Of a stretch of DNA of 64,000 nucleotides, positions 40,156 to 54,518 are shown piece after piece. The number at the start of each line of letters is the position of its first letter. The first letter of the stretch is position 1. A model generated the notes under the pieces. That model was not told the origin of the DNA, did not search any database, and saw nothing but the letters and a program-made list of their open reading frames with translations. Position numbers and translations under genes: made by a program. The stretch is taken from the NCBI RefSeq assembly GCF_018350175.1, contig NC_058368.1, positions 219,420,001 through 219,484,000 on the forward strand, in the 5' to 3' direction. This DNA is from Felis catus. Its lineage: Eukaryota.

Positions 40156-42269
40156 TTAAAATAGAAATCCTTCAACACTTCCATTTTTCCAATTTCGGTG
40201 TTTCCTAAGCATTTCTCATATCCAACATACTATATATTTTACTTATTCCATTTGTTTATTGCTGGTATCCTCCCAATGAAATCAAGGTTCTTGATGACAG
40301 TGAACTTGCCTGTTTTGCTTCTGCTGTATGACTTATTTATTAGGTTTGTTTCTTTGTTTGAATCCTTCCAATAAAAATGTAAGCTCAGTACTGGCCAAGA
40401 ATATCGTTTGATTTATTTAGCTGTGTCCTGTCAATTCATATGCATTGTCTGAATGTTTAAACAAGTGAATGAATATGGGGATTCTGTAGGGTTTCTAGAT
40501 GGTGACCAATCCTGGAGATTGCAAGGAGACTTAGATCACTTCTTTGGTGTTCTTTCTCCCCACTGACGCTCTGACATCCTTCAGTATTGTGGGCAAGGGC
40601 AGTTGTGGACTCCCAGGTGTGGCTCCCCTGACCTGGCAGTTCCGACTGTCCTTGAGTAGACAGCTGATGAAGGAGGTCTCTTCCTGAATTAAACTGCATC
40701 CCAGTATTTGCTGCATGTTGGCAGGTACACCCCAGTTTCAAACTTCAAAATATGAAGTTGGATGCAGATAGGTCCAAATGTCTTGTATATTATGCTGACA
40801 GCTAGACCTTGATGATAAGATGAAACTAAAAAGAATTTTCCATAAACCTTCAAAAGTTAAAACAAACTGTCCAGAGCTAGTCAGTCAGCTAAATTGATTG
40901 CTGTTTTCTGGAATTTGTATATTTATTCTGCACCTCTTCTGTCAACATTTTTTATGTCCAATATGAATACTGACTGGTACAGGCACGACTTACAAAACTG
41001 TGGCAATGAGAGGAGAAAAAAATCTGCTTCACCCCATAAGTGTGGTCATATATAACTGGCCTATTCAGAGTTGATTCTCTAGAGTAATTTTAAACAATAT
41101 ATAAAGGTCAGGAAAGTACAACCTTGACAGGGATATGTTCTGTCCTTACCGCCCGCCAAAAAAAATACTTGGATTTATATGATTTTAAATCAAATGCAAT
41201 GTTAATGTGCTGCTTCATTTTTAGAGAACTTCCTTTATTCAGAGGACAGATTTTGAGAACAAAAAGAACTCTATCACATTTTATATGTCTTATGCAAGTT
41301 TTTTCTCATCTTAATTGATTCATAATGAAGCCTTGTTAATTTTAGACAGAATGAACAACTTTGCTTCTTAGTACTACTCTTTCTCAGTGTATTTGAGGTC
41401 TGATTGTTGAGGAAGGTTATTTACATCTTAAAAACAATATGGAGTCTTCTTTTAACTTATATAATTTTGTCAAAATGTCGTAAGTATAAACAATTAACTG
41501 CTTCATTTTGAGCTGTCTGACAAAGGAAACAAGGAAAAATCTATGTTCAGGAATATTAGAAAAACTTTTTTTATGTTTACTGTGATAAAAAATGAATATG
41601 TTAACATCTGTGAGAGATTAGAGCTTTATGTCTGAGGTCGGTAAGGTAAAATTGAAAAGGAAGGAACTTACAGGTTTTTATTGAGAAGTGCTTAGGCTGA
41701 TACATGTAAGTATACTGCATTCATTTTACGGCTAACAATGTTCCTTTTTTATGAACAAATCTCAATTATAACAAAAATCATTTTTAAAAAGTCCAGTGTG
41801 GTACTATATAAGTAGAAACAATACAAAATTAAATTATATGTTAATTTTGGATATATAAATTTTGGAAAAAATAGAAAAAATATGCATGAAAGCACACACA
41901 CTAATTTTATGGCAGTGTTATATTGGTAGAGGGAGAAGAAAGAGAAGAGCTAGGATGAAGCTTATTTTGATTTTTAAGAGAGACATCTGAAGCATATGCA
42001 ATGCTTTTTGACATGTCTAAAGTCTGATTTTTGGTCATTTGATTTCTCTTGCAATATTTGTTATATTTTAAAATACAGGCATTAATATAAACATATTAAA
42101 ATGTGTGGACAGGTAATATCAGATTGCATGTGTAGAACTATTAACACTTTCTGCACTATTTTCAAACATTCCAGTTTGTATTTTACTTTCTTTTCATGCA
42201 TACTGTTGAGAAGAAATACAATGGCAGCCTCACCTTTTCCCAAAGCACTTATGGTTCCATATTCAAATA

Positions 42270-43038
42270 CGGTAAAACCTTGAATTGCAAGTAACTTGTT
42301 CTGTGAGTGTTTTGCAAGATGAGCCAACATTGCTAATAAATTTTAACTTGATAAACAAGTGATGTCTTGCCATACAAGTAGTATGTGATGACGAACATCA
42401 CATGATCAGAACTGAGCCAGTGGTTCTTCTCTTGTGCGCGCTTGCTGGGGGACTGTGGGGGATTGTTTCCCATGTTCGGATGCTCGGTCTCAGACCATGA
42501 GATGTGTGGCAGAAGTCAGTGGTCTTTCGGAACATTGGAAGGTGCCCACAACTGGCATTAGTGTACTTTTTGTCACTTCAAAGCACCTGTGGACAGTCTT
42601 GCTTTTCCATAAAAGAGTGAATTTAGGAATGCTTTGCTTCATTCTAGGTCATTGGATAGGTTCCTTGTTAAAGTTGCACAAAAAGAAAAAGATTCCATTG
42701 AACCAGTAGATAGCAGTGATTCGGTTAGTGATAGTGAAAGTCCTGCTATGCAGTAACCCTCCCCTCTCCTGTCTCCCTCACACCAGCCACAAAGATTTTC
42801 AAAGGTAAGTGCAGGTTAATTTGTTTATTTTTCTTTATATGTTGTATTTTCTTTATTATTTTGTATTATATTACCCTATTATAATCATTTTATATGAATA
42901 TTTTTGGGTTGTGGAACAAATCATCTGAGTTTCCATTATTTCTTAGGGAAAAATTTGCCTCGATATACACGTGCTTTGGATTGTAAGCATCAAACATGTT
43001 TCCAGAACAAATTATGCTCGCAAACCAAGGTTTTACTG
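42270..43038. mobile_element. Complete MER82-like Tigger-family non-autonomous DNA transposon
   Basis: Terminal inverted repeats cggtaaaaccttg... / ...caaggttttactg (18/22 match), TA on both sides. Confidence 0.8.
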
Positions 43039-43673
43039 TATGTTATGTATATTATAAAATTTTATTTCAACATGAAACATGACATAATTTGTTTCTATAT
43101 GCCAATGAACATCCCATGTATCAATATACAATATTACCAATATGTAACCTTTATATTCTGATAGACTTTCTAATAAAATACTTTTTTTTTCCTATTTAAA
43201 GACATAAAGGGAGAAATATTTATAATTTTTAGTGTCCTGGAAAATTTTCGTTTAGGAAGAATTTCTTATGCTTAAAAATATTAATCTTTTGAGTGAATAG
43301 TTTTTGGGGAGATCAAGGGTTAAATTGATAGTGGAAGATTATACCCTTTGTATTTAGTGAAATTTATTTCAATTTAACATTTTCAGCGTTTTTCTCTTTG
43401 GGTGTGGGAGGAAGGAAAAATATCAAAATGGCTGTGAGTATATGTGAAAACTTCTCCAAGATGCTGTATGCTACACTCTTTTTTGTTTGTTTGTTTTTGT
43501 TTCTTTTTTTCTTAAGGAGGTAGTTTCTAATGTTCAGTGAAAAGGGTCAATCAATCCATAATCACTTATTGAGCTTATATTATGTCTTAGATGTGTGAAC
43601 AGTGGTATGGAGGTGGATAAAAAGATAAATAAGAAACTATAATGAATTTATAAGCTAGATAGAAGTTTTAGAA

Positions 43674-43674
<1 letters not shown>

Positions 43675-43709
<35 letters not shown>
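43675..43709. repeat. (AT)n microsatellite
   Basis: Directly visible. Confidence 0.95.
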
Positions 43710-43712
<3 letters not shown>

Positions 43713-43859
43713 GACCATAGCAGATTTAGAACTTTTTGAGGAGATTCATAAGGACATTATTTTATCATCATCAATATACCTACAAACCTAGTTAGGCACC
43801 TTTAAATTGGGATCTTGGTCATAGAGCCATATAGTTTTAGAATTGAGATCTGCTATAAT

Positions 43860-44150
43860 TTGCAGGCAGAGGTGATTAGATAAGGAAGGCATAGCCTTAT
43901 AAAGAGTATTAATGCCCTTGTAAGAGAGGTCCCAGGGAGCTCCCTTGACCCTTTCATCAAGTTATGACACAGCAAGAAAACAGCTACTTATGAATCAGGA
44001 GGCGGATTCCTTGCAGACATGGAATCTTCTGGCATCTTGATCTTTGACTTCCCAGCATCTAGAACTATGAAAAATTAATGTTTGTTATGTAAGCCACTCA
44101 GTCTATCTCAATGGTAAATTTTATACCATACCAGTCTATAGAGACCAAGC
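43860..44150 (+). mobile_element. MLT1A-like MaLR LTR
   Basis: gaggtgattag...gcccttgtaagaga...cttgatctttgacttcccagcatctagaact...taagccactcagtctat. Confidence 0.75.
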
Positions 44151-47100
44151 AGGATCTTAGCAATCAGTGTGTCTCCATCCCCTATTTTATATACCATCAT
44201 CAAAAATGTTATGTGATTTTTCTTATATCTCCTGCTACTGCTTCAACAGTAGGTCACAGCCCCCAATTCATCAGTGTGCAATCTCAATGTTTGTTTGGTA
44301 GGAGTTTGTTCCCCTCCTCAACCATTTTATACAGATCATGAGGTGATTTATCATATGTTCATTCAAGATCCCATCTCAGAAAAAATGAACTATTATTATA
44401 AGCATAATTTTGGATAATTTTGAGTTAAAATAATTTAACACGGGCATGGTGGCTATAATTTTCTGGTGTCTCGAAACTGCACTGTTTGGAATGTTACTGA
44501 AGGCTGGTTAGTTATAAAGCAAAAGTTCAAACAGTTAAGGAGACAACTGTGGTGGAACATGCAAATTATGTAAAGCTAGTTGCTGAGGGGTTCATTCCCA
44601 CTTACATTTTATATATTTTCAATATTTACTTTGTTTAAATGTCACTGTTAAGATTCATATGATTATAATCTTTTCTGCACAAATATTAAATGGGCAAGCA
44701 TGAAACCCTTTTTCATTTTTGAACTTTATACTTTTATTGAAGTTCCAAATTTGTATTAACTATATCTTTTAAACACTGGCCTTAATTTTCTTCTGACATA
44801 GTGTTTTCAAGGGAGTACTGGTTTCATCTAACGGAGAGTGATTTAACTGTTTACACAAGTGATCCATTAACTGATGCTGACCACTTTATAGAATTATAGA
44901 TGGAAAAAAAAAAGTTATATGGTATAGCTATCTAAGTAATACTTAAGCACTATAATGCTTTAATCAAATGTTTATTCCTGAGCATGAAACTCAGTATCTA
45001 TAGGAATATCTTCTTTAATTAGACTTTTTTCTCTTTTGTAGATGTTATTTTATATTGAAACCAAATGATATATTGAGAAGTATCTAGAGGCATTGCATAG
45101 TGTCAAAAATAAATTTCCTATAGTCTTAATCATCCTCAATATGAATTTAAAAATGTTTTCTTGACTTTTAAATTTTGAATTACTTGCAGACTTCAAGAGC
45201 TTCTGTCAAAATATTACTTTTTATAATTGTTATTCTTGCTTGTTTTAGTATGTTCTATAGAATTGTTCAGCAATCTAATAAAACAGTCAAGGTTGAAACT
45301 AACCCAAAACATGGGTTTATTTTTGAATCAGTGAGAGTATATACAATAGTGATGTGAATTTCCTAATCCTTAAATATTTATGCAAGTGTTAACTTATGTC
45401 TTTAAATTTAAAGTGCATGAACACATAAAAGGTAACTCTAAGCACCCGTTTATACCTTTTAGCAAGATATAAATTAGACCCTCTTTTATGAAATTGAATA
45501 TAAGTTATTTGTGAGCACCTCAATTTTAAAAAGAAAACATAGGCATAAATTATTTAACTTGAAGTACCCAGAATTGTATACTATCTTTATGAATGATATT
45601 AGTGAAGTTATAAACCATTCACTGGGTAAATTTGTGGTTTAGATTTAAGATTTGAATATTCAAAATTTAAAATTCTTATGCCTTTTTAAAAACTAATTTA
45701 AAACCTTCAAATAACAAATAAAATCTGTGATACAATATTAATAGGTAAGTGACTCCACTGATAAATTTTAAAACCCTCATGAAATGTCTTAGTGGTTCTA
45801 ATGAATAAGATATTACCTGTAACAAAACTTGCCCTTAGAGAGTCAAGTTGTAAATTCTCAGGAACTATAAACTGCACTGAAATAATCATTAAACATCTTT
45901 GCTGGAAATTTATTTAGAAATATCTCACATTTGCCAAGCGAGTATCATGATGTGTTTTTTTCACATTTTTTTTCACATTTAATATGTTAAGATGGCCAGA
46001 ATTCTTTTTCTTTAATAAAAAGTTGCTTTCTCATCAAGAAAAAATTAAACACCCATACCAGAAAAAATTTCATAAATAACATAATTATAACACATTATCC
46101 TGTATAGAGCATTAACCTGACAAATACCATTTTATTTCCAGTTATACATCCACAGCTTGTCTCAGAAAGGGTGATTTTGTTTGCAAATTTTACTGAACTA
46201 ACAGCCAGTGAATTTAGTTCTATCTCTAAAGTAATTTATTGGTTCAGTTAACTAGAAGACCACAGATATAGGAATTCTATGTTGTTTAAAAACTTGGGTC
46301 TTTCTGGCTCTATTTACTTTCATTCACAGTTTTGAATTCTTCCAGTAATAAGGCCCCTTATGGTTGCAAAAAATAGCCATAGGTGGTAAAGAGAGAACGG
46401 GAGAGTGAGGCAGATCTATCATAAAAATAACTGAAGAGAGCCTCTCAGAATTCTATCATTGGATCAGTCAGGAACAAGGGGCATGGGATTACTGGAACTT
46501 GTAAAGCTGGCTATGGTTAAGTCTCTCCTTGAGGTACATGGTGGGAGTGGAGTAAAAAAAAATCTGAATAAAAAATGAAATACTTAAGAAGAAGTAAAAA
46601 CGAATGAAAGCTAGCTAGCTTTTGGAGATTTTCTTCTAGTTTCTGAGCATGTTCATTTCAATAATATGCCCAGAAACTGTGTACATTGATATTGGATAGG
46701 CTTGAGGTTTCACTGAGTTGATCATGAGATGAAATTAGATCAAAAGTCCATTTTAATACTTCATTTGTCCTCATTCTGGGTAGTGGATCAGAAAAATTTT
46801 TAGGTTCCTAAGTACTTTGATAAGCTTGAAAATTTTATCAGCATTCTCAAAATGTCTAGCTATTTCTGTCTACCCAGTTCACAGTTAACCCAGAAAGTCT
46901 CATTTGGAAAATCTAGGTAGAAGCTATTTGTGCTGTTACCATGGTTATTATCTAGGTGTGGTCAAATAATCATTCTGAGTCTTTGAAGTGACTCAGTTCT
47001 GGAATTTGGCTGAAGAGACAAATCTCTGTTGTTAGAGCATCCTTTTTCTGCCTCACCAACTGAAAGAATTCTCAGTTTCATAATTCTTGTAGACCTTGGA

Positions 47101-49755
47101 GTGCTATACATCTATTTCACTCCTAGAGACTGAATCATTTAGTCACTGAAAAATGCTCTCTTATACCACTATTAATTACAGAAATTACATCTTGAATCTG
47201 ATGGTCCATTGGCATTATTTACTCTCAATACTCAAGGGTCTCATCCATGCCCATAGATATAGGTAGGCTTTTTTAACTGCAAAATCCGTTAGTAGCATTT
47301 TTAGCTAACAGAGAACAACCTCTACAGGACTTTTGGAAGATGCTGATGTGCTATAATCTATATTTCTTAATACCCACGTTAGAAAGCATTTTTCATTGTC
47401 TTTTAAGAGATGTAAAGAGTCAACTGAGTGAATTACACATGATAAACTACCATTGTCATTTCCTTAATTAAATGAATCTTTTTTATATACAAAATAGCAA
47501 AGAGTTTTGGGCATCTCATAGTCGTCATTAAGTCCATATTTTAATTAGCTAATAAAGCAACAAAACATACCCCATTATCATGTGTTGAGAATAACACAAT
47601 AATTCTAAAGTTTACGGGAAGGGCAACCATGTTAGTAAATGTTGCATTATAAAATGTTCTGCAATCTTGGGTTTATTACTTTCAGAACTTAATCCTATAT
47701 ATATTTTCTAGATTTTTGCTAATACAAATCCAACAATTCTTGCAATATTTTCATGATTAATCATGTCTTCTAAAATCTGAGTTTGTAATTATCTCTCTTG
47801 GGCACATTGGGTTCTGATTCTAAATTAGATTAGGAGGTAATTAAACATGGTGGAAGATCAACATAATAAGAATAGTTTTGCCTTGTAAAGTAACTCTCTC
47901 AAAAGAGATCCTTACTGGATTTTAAGCAAAAGCAAAAAGGGCCTTATCGCACTTGGAAGGAAGGGTTGCTTTTGCTAACCATGATCAGGGATATTTGGGA
48001 GTTTGGGGCCACTGAGCCATCTGGATCCTATCACATTTCCCTACTCCAATATTCAGAATCTTATTCTCAATTAATTCACTAGTTTTCATACTGTGGTAGT
48101 AATGAGACTGTGTAGACAACCAACTTACAATTTTATAATTGACGGGATCACATTTTTGAGTTTAGGGCTCTGCCTTAGGTCTACAGTTGTAGATGATAGA
48201 AGGTTATTTTATTAGTCATAAAATTCCCATGGTTTCTCTCTGTGCCTTGAGCCAAGATCAGAGCTTTGAGCTTGTTATTCTTCTTTAAGCTGTCAGTACA
48301 ATTTGAAACAATCAACTCTTTTACAGTTCACACATTCCTCATGCTTTTTATATTGTTCTCTGGTAACAGCCACCTGATTCCTCAAAGCCTTGTGCTCAGT
48401 GAGCACTTTACTCTAGGTTACCATAGGTCATGATTTAATTAGCTGTTTTGCTACTGCAGACCACGGGATGATAAAATTTCATCTGGAATTTTTTTAGAGC
48501 CATAAGCTATGCCAGGCCTGTTAACAGAGTCAACATTTCTTTTATTGCCCTGAGGTCCTGTTGGCTGCGACCACTTCTACCAATTTATGTATCATTTCAA
48601 TTTGTGATGCATCAGGTTTGTGGAGTCAAACTCACATGTGGGTTTTCTAACTGCAAAGGGGGCTAAGAAATCTATTCTTTGGAATTCTTTCTTAGGATTC
48701 AGGAATTAAAAGGCAGGACATTCAATCAACATTGAAAAGGTATTTGAAATAGACTTGTGAGCAAAAATAGTGACAAATATATAATACAATGATTCTTATC
48801 TTTTGGGGAAGCATCGCATATTCATTTTTTTACTCATTTTTATGAGGGTCTCATTTTTTTAAATTAATTTGTCAAAGTACTTTGTCCCTTAGAGGTATCA
48901 AATCCTCTGTCCTATATATTGCATGTATTTTTTCCAAATATTCACATTGTCCATCAAAATATATACATTTGTTATTATTATAGCTTTTACATTGACTGTA
49001 TTTTTGCCTTATTTAATGTATTCAGTTTTTCTTTAAAGACTGTTTAAAAGGCCATGTCTATAATAGCAGTGTGATGTTTTTATAATTTCCTTTCAATTCA
49101 TTTTGATTTAGATTCCATCAGGAACCTAAGTTCTGTTTTGTTTTGGGGTTGTTGTTGTTGTTTTGTTTTGTTTTGTTTTTGTTCTCAAAAAGTACCAAAA
49201 TTATTTTTTCCTACTGATATAAAATTAATGTATATTTGAAAATATAGTCAAAGCTTATATTTGTCCACTATTTCTTTGATGTTATTATGTAAGCAAAACA
49301 AAGTGTTAGTAGTCCTCTTGCTCCTGGGGCTGCCTGTCAGCTGACCTAAACAAATTACATGGCCAAGATGGAGTGGGGATATAGGTGGCATTAACTCAAC
49401 AAGGAGGCTCTCCTCTTTGGAGGTACATGGTAGAGACTATAGATACATTACCCTAACAGAAGGAGGAAATCAAGACTTAGAAGTGGTTGTTTAATTATTC
49501 CTTTGTAACATCTTCCATTAATTTGTGGCTGGATATCTCTCCAGTTTTTTGTTTCCTTCTGAGATTTGAAAAATATTAAATGATAACTTCGATTTTACAT
49601 TTATACTTTAAGTCATTTGGAATTTATGTTAGCATACTTATGCTATGAGTATCCAATTGTATTTTAAATAATCAATTAGTTTCATCGGTAAATTTAGCTG
49701 AATATATGTATTTTTCCATATTTTATTTTATTTACTTTTTTAGTGTTTATTTTTT

Positions 49756-49968
49756 TAAATTTTTTAACATTTATTTATTCTTGAGACAGAGAGAGACAGA
49801 ACATGAATGGGGGAGGGTCAGAGAGAGAGGGAGACACAGAATCTGAAACAGGCTCCAGGCTCTGAAGTGTCAGCAGAGAGCCTGACGCAGGGCTCGAACT
49901 CAGGAACCATGAGATAATGACCTGAGTCAAAGTTGGACCCTTAACCCACTGAGCCACCCAGGCACCCC
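49756..49968 (-). mobile_element. Can-SINE inserted in the tail of another SINE
   Basis: TSD TTTTAGTGTTTATTTTTT at 49738-49755 and 49969-49986. Confidence 0.95.
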
Positions 49969-50167
49969 TTTTAGTGTTTATTTTTTGAGAGAGAGACAGA
50001 GTGTGAGTGGAGGAGGGGCAGAGAGAGAGGGAGACACAGAATCTGAAGCAGGCTCCAGGCTCTGAGCTGTCCCCACAGAGCCCCACGCAGGGCTTGAACC
50101 CACAAACCGTGAGATCATGACCCGAGCTGATATCGGACGCTTAACCAACTGAACCACCCAGGCGCCC
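49969..50167 (-). mobile_element. Can-SINE (host of the nested copy)
   Basis: Reverse-complement SINE; tail remnant at ~49725-49755. Confidence 0.95.
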
Positions 50168-51094
50168 CATATTTTAAATTAGTACCAACTGTTCCCTTTC
50201 TAATGTGGGGAAGTAATGTACCTATTGAGAAATATCAAATAGCTAAGATCACTAAGTCATCGAAAATACCACAAATATTTTATTGTTATTATTGCCTCCA
50301 AACCAAAAATGAAGGTTTTCTTTCAAAAAACTATGTTGAGTTAATGCGTTCTACTGAAAACCAAGGTGAGGATAAAGATAGATGGTCAGACAGACTCTTA
50401 AGATAAAAACTCTAACAGATATATGCTGTATACTATCGCTTACAGAAAGCAACTTTTTGATCTTCTCTGAACCACTATTCTTGTCTCTACCATTTCCATA
50501 TTCCTCAATTGCCAATGTTTTCCAGCCTGTCTCTATGCCAATTATTACAGAATTTACTAAGCCATATCAATCACATACTTTAGTGTAAAGGAGCTTTTTT
50601 TTGATATTTTCCTGAGTTTTGGTTCAGTGTGACGCAGGAGAAAGCCTAAATGTATGCCTGAAGGTATACGGAATGTTTTAGGGAATTTGGTGTGACTGGA
50701 CTCTGGAGTTTTGGATTATTGGATTAGCTATGCTAGTATGAACCCTTGGAGAAATAATTTACCTGTCTGATGACATATGTATATATTTTTTATAAGTTAC
50801 TGATTTGGATTAGATTAACTCTGAAGTCATTTTGCACTTCAAGCTTTTATGAAAATAGCTTAGAAAGGGAAAACAGAATGATATCCTGTAAAAAAAAAAA
50901 CGACTTACATTCTATATTTGCATACAGATTAATTAGCAAACATATGCCCAATGCTTACCTCTTTTCAGGACTTCAGTCAGTTCCTGATTTCAGTCTTCCT
51001 TTTCCTTTAAACTTGCACATTTTTTAGGGTTTGCTCTCAGTGCTTAATTAAATTATTCATCTAAATATAAATATTAGAGGTGATGTTACAATTT

Positions 51095-51320
51095 TGTGGT
51101 TTTAACTGGGGACCCTTTTGCTGCTACTTCCCCGGGGAACATTTGGCAGTATCTGGAAACATTTTTGTCTGTCACCACTGAGCAGGGTGTCATTGCTACT
51201 GGTGTTGGGTGAATACAGGCCAGGGTTGCTGCTAATCATCCTACCTGGCACAAGATGGCCCCTCACAACAAAGAATTATCCAGTCCAAAATATCAGCAGT
51301 GCTTCTGTCAAGAAAGTCTG
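51095..51320 (+). mobile_element. MER20 hAT element
   Basis: ggggaacatttggcagtatctggaaacattttt...cacaacaaagaattatccagtccaaaat. Confidence 0.8.
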
Positions 51321-52103
51321 ATATAAATTCATCATAAATTCAACTTGATTTATTTTCAAGAGGCTGGATTTTCCATTCCTTTACAGTGCTAACCATGCAA
51401 AGATTTTTGACTAAAGGGATACGTGTTTTAAAAGGATGAGATAATTAAATTCGATGGAGTTATAATAATGAGAGATGTGTGTTTTTCTCAAATAACTATC
51501 TTGCTTGGATATTCTTGAAAAAAAGAAGATATATTTATATAGATGGCAGAGGAAAAATAACACATGAACTCTGAGGACCAGTATAATCTATGGTCATTCC
51601 AGAGCATGACCTTAGCTGACATGCAAACTGATAAACACAAGAATTTGGACTTAGTCCAGTGGTTTAATAGATATGAATTTGAGACTCCTGCTTATCTAGA
51701 ATCAATGAATGCATCTGAGTGCCTACTAAAACATTCTGGAGAATAAATTTTATTTTGTTCCACATCTAAATTTTCACAGAACAGGAACAGTTGATTGTAT
51801 GATACTTTTTTTTAATATAGAGAGTATTAGTTATGTCCAGTTTCCAAAATAATTGCAATCTAGGAATAGCCCCTACTTTGTACTAACTTCATTCACATTT
51901 ATCAATGCTACTATTTGTTTTATATCTACTTATTTAATACTTTCTTCCTTTTTGTTGTTTTTAGCTTTAAGAAATCCCAAAGTGTAGAAGCCATACTCAG
52001 TTATTTCCTAAAAATGCAAGAAATCTTGAAAAACACAATGCTAATTATAATCCAAATTTATTGCTTAAAAACCAACTCCTAATTCTCATTAACCTTTCTC
52101 ATT

Positions 52104-52129
52104 AACACACACACGCACACACACACACA

Positions 52130-52163
<34 letters not shown>
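52104..52163. repeat. (CA)n microsatellite, interrupted
   Basis: Directly visible. Confidence 0.95.
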
Positions 52164-52165
<2 letters not shown>

Positions 52166-52845
52166 AATCCTTCTTTTAATGACTTACGTAATGAACATTT
52201 AAGTATTACTTGGTCTTTGCCACAGAAAACTCAGATAACTGAAGTCTACTTTTTTCCCCACTAAACCTGGGTATCTCTTGAAAATTACTACACATAGACC
52301 TCTCTCTTCTTTTTAACCTGCTGAAAAGACTTAAACCCATGCAATGTCATGGAATATACATTTCCTTTCAAAAAAGCATAACAGATCAAATAATTTTGGG
52401 TAACATTGCATAAAAAGAGGATGATTCTTATTGAATAATTTAAAGTAACAGAAGGCATGCTAGTTTGAAAATGTGGAAAGATAAAATTACAAATGCTAGA
52501 GCCAAAATCATAACCTCTAATTGCCAACAGATTTGGGTAATAAACATATGCTATGGCTAATCATGGTAAGGACCACTTTATGCTTCAAGGCATAATTTCC
52601 AAAACACATGGCCTGCTCACCATCACTTTGTTGAATTACATATATGGATTACTTTATGGCATAATCAGAATAAAAACAAAGTCAGTCTAATGGATAGGCT
52701 TGAAAATGAGAATCTGAACTCTACCTGGAAGTCAAGTGAAAGTTCGAGAGGTATGTTTTAAATTATTTGGAGCTTGATATTCACTAGGAGATGCAAAATC
52801 CATGATAGGTTTTAGGTAAGCTCTCTAGTCTTAGAAAGACTTAAG

Positions 52846-53345
52846 TTATTCATTCATTCTTTGTTTCATTTGATTTGTGCTAACAGAATATTGACCTACA
52901 ATGAGTTCAGTACTGCTCTGTGTTTGTGGCTGCAACAAAAAACAATAAATGCTAGTTTGCTGTATTCATGTAGAATGTATTTTAGGAATAGATGACAGTT
53001 ACACAATAGATAGAAATAGCAATAATATCACTGTGTGATACAATCTACAAAAGAAATGAGTGAGGTGAATGAGAATGTCTTTGAGGCCAAATTTTGAGTG
53101 AGATTGTCAGAAATTTCTGAGGAGGTGATATTTGAGTTGAGACTTGAGAAATGTTGAAATGTGAAACATGCGGGATGTGAACAAAGCGCTTTCCACACAG
53201 AAGGAGCAGCAGGTGTAAAGATCCTGATGCAGAAGCGGGCTTGAATGTGTTGGTGGAAATAAATGGAAGGAGAAGAAAACCAACCAAGAGAAATAGATGA
53301 GAGATGACTTAAGAAAATAGACAGGCACAGTATTATAATGCATTA
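52846..53345 (-). mobile_element. LINE2 fragment
   Basis: attcattcatt terminus; ggaggtgatatttgagttgagacttga...ttccacacagaaggagcagcaggtgtaaag. Confidence 0.65.
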
Positions 53346-53364
53346 TGAGTAAAGGACAACCTGA

Positions 53365-53725
53365 GAAGATGTGGGGAAGAGGAATTTGGGAGTTTATATC
53401 GATGGATCTGAAGTTTCAGTTATAGAAGATGAAAAAGTTTTAGACATCTGTGCAGCATAGAGTTTATAGTTAACAACACTGCATTACGCATTTACAATTT
53501 TGAAAGGGTAAATCTCATGCTAAGTGTTTTTACCCCCCACCACACACACACACACACAAAGACAAGGAATGCACAAAATCTTTTGGAGGTGGGAGACGTG
53601 TCTATTACCTTGTTTGCAGGGATGATATCACAGGTATATGCATATATCCAAATTCATCAAAATGCATACATCAAATTGTGCGTTTTTTGTATATAAAGTG
53701 TACCTCAATTTAATTTGAAAAGAAG
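53365..53725 (+). mobile_element. Old LINE1 (L1MB-like) 3' end
   Basis: gtttcagtt...gatgaaaaagtttt...atagttaacaacactg...aaactttgg-like and tacctcaat terminus. Confidence 0.75.
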
Positions 53726-54307
53726 AAAAAAGCATAGTCAAGAGTGTTCGTAAATGGACTGGTTCAGTGGCTACACTCGCTGGAGACATCAGAACACGTG
53801 AATGCCTCCAGGTGCTAAATTCCTGCAGTTGAAGATGGCATGATGGTTGAAGCCAAAGCCTGTATATCTTTGTCAGCTGCTATTCTAGGCAATAGAAAAT
53901 AAGGGGACTACATTAAAAAAATAAGCCCTGTTCTCTTGGATGTGGCTGGTAAACAATGAGCAAGCAGGTGGCAAAATGAAGAATGAAAGCCGAGATAAAT
54001 ACGGATCTTGTGCTATGCCTCAGTTTAAATAGTGCCCAGAATTCATCCCCAAATATCAGTCTGGTTGGCACAGAGAATTACTGCAGACAGCAGTAGCCTG
54101 ATAGTTGTGCCTGGTTCTCTCTTTACTGTGTCTGAAAAACAAAACAAAACTAGCTTCATCAGATGGTGGCCTCAACAATGAGAAAGTTGTGAGAGGCAGT
54201 GGCAGAGAAAACATAGTGTGATCGATTCCTCACCCATTTCATTGGCTTCTGCAATATCATGCTGGTTCCTTTACCAAATACTTAATTTATCAACCCTCTA
54301 TTATTTA

Positions 54308-54518
54308 TTTTTAAGTTCATTTATTATGACAGAAAGAGGGAGCGAGCACAGGCAAGTGGGGAAGGGGCTGGAGAGAGAGGGAGATGGAGAATCTCAAGCA
54401 GGCTCTGAGCTGTCAGAGCAGAGCCCAATGCAGGGCTCAAACTCAAGAACCATGAGATCATGACCTGAGCCAAAGTTAAAAGTCGGATGCTTAACCGACT
54501 GAGCCACCCAGGCACCCC
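54308..54518 (-). mobile_element. Can-SINE
   Basis: TSD AACCCTCTAT(T/C)ATTTA. Confidence 0.95.
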
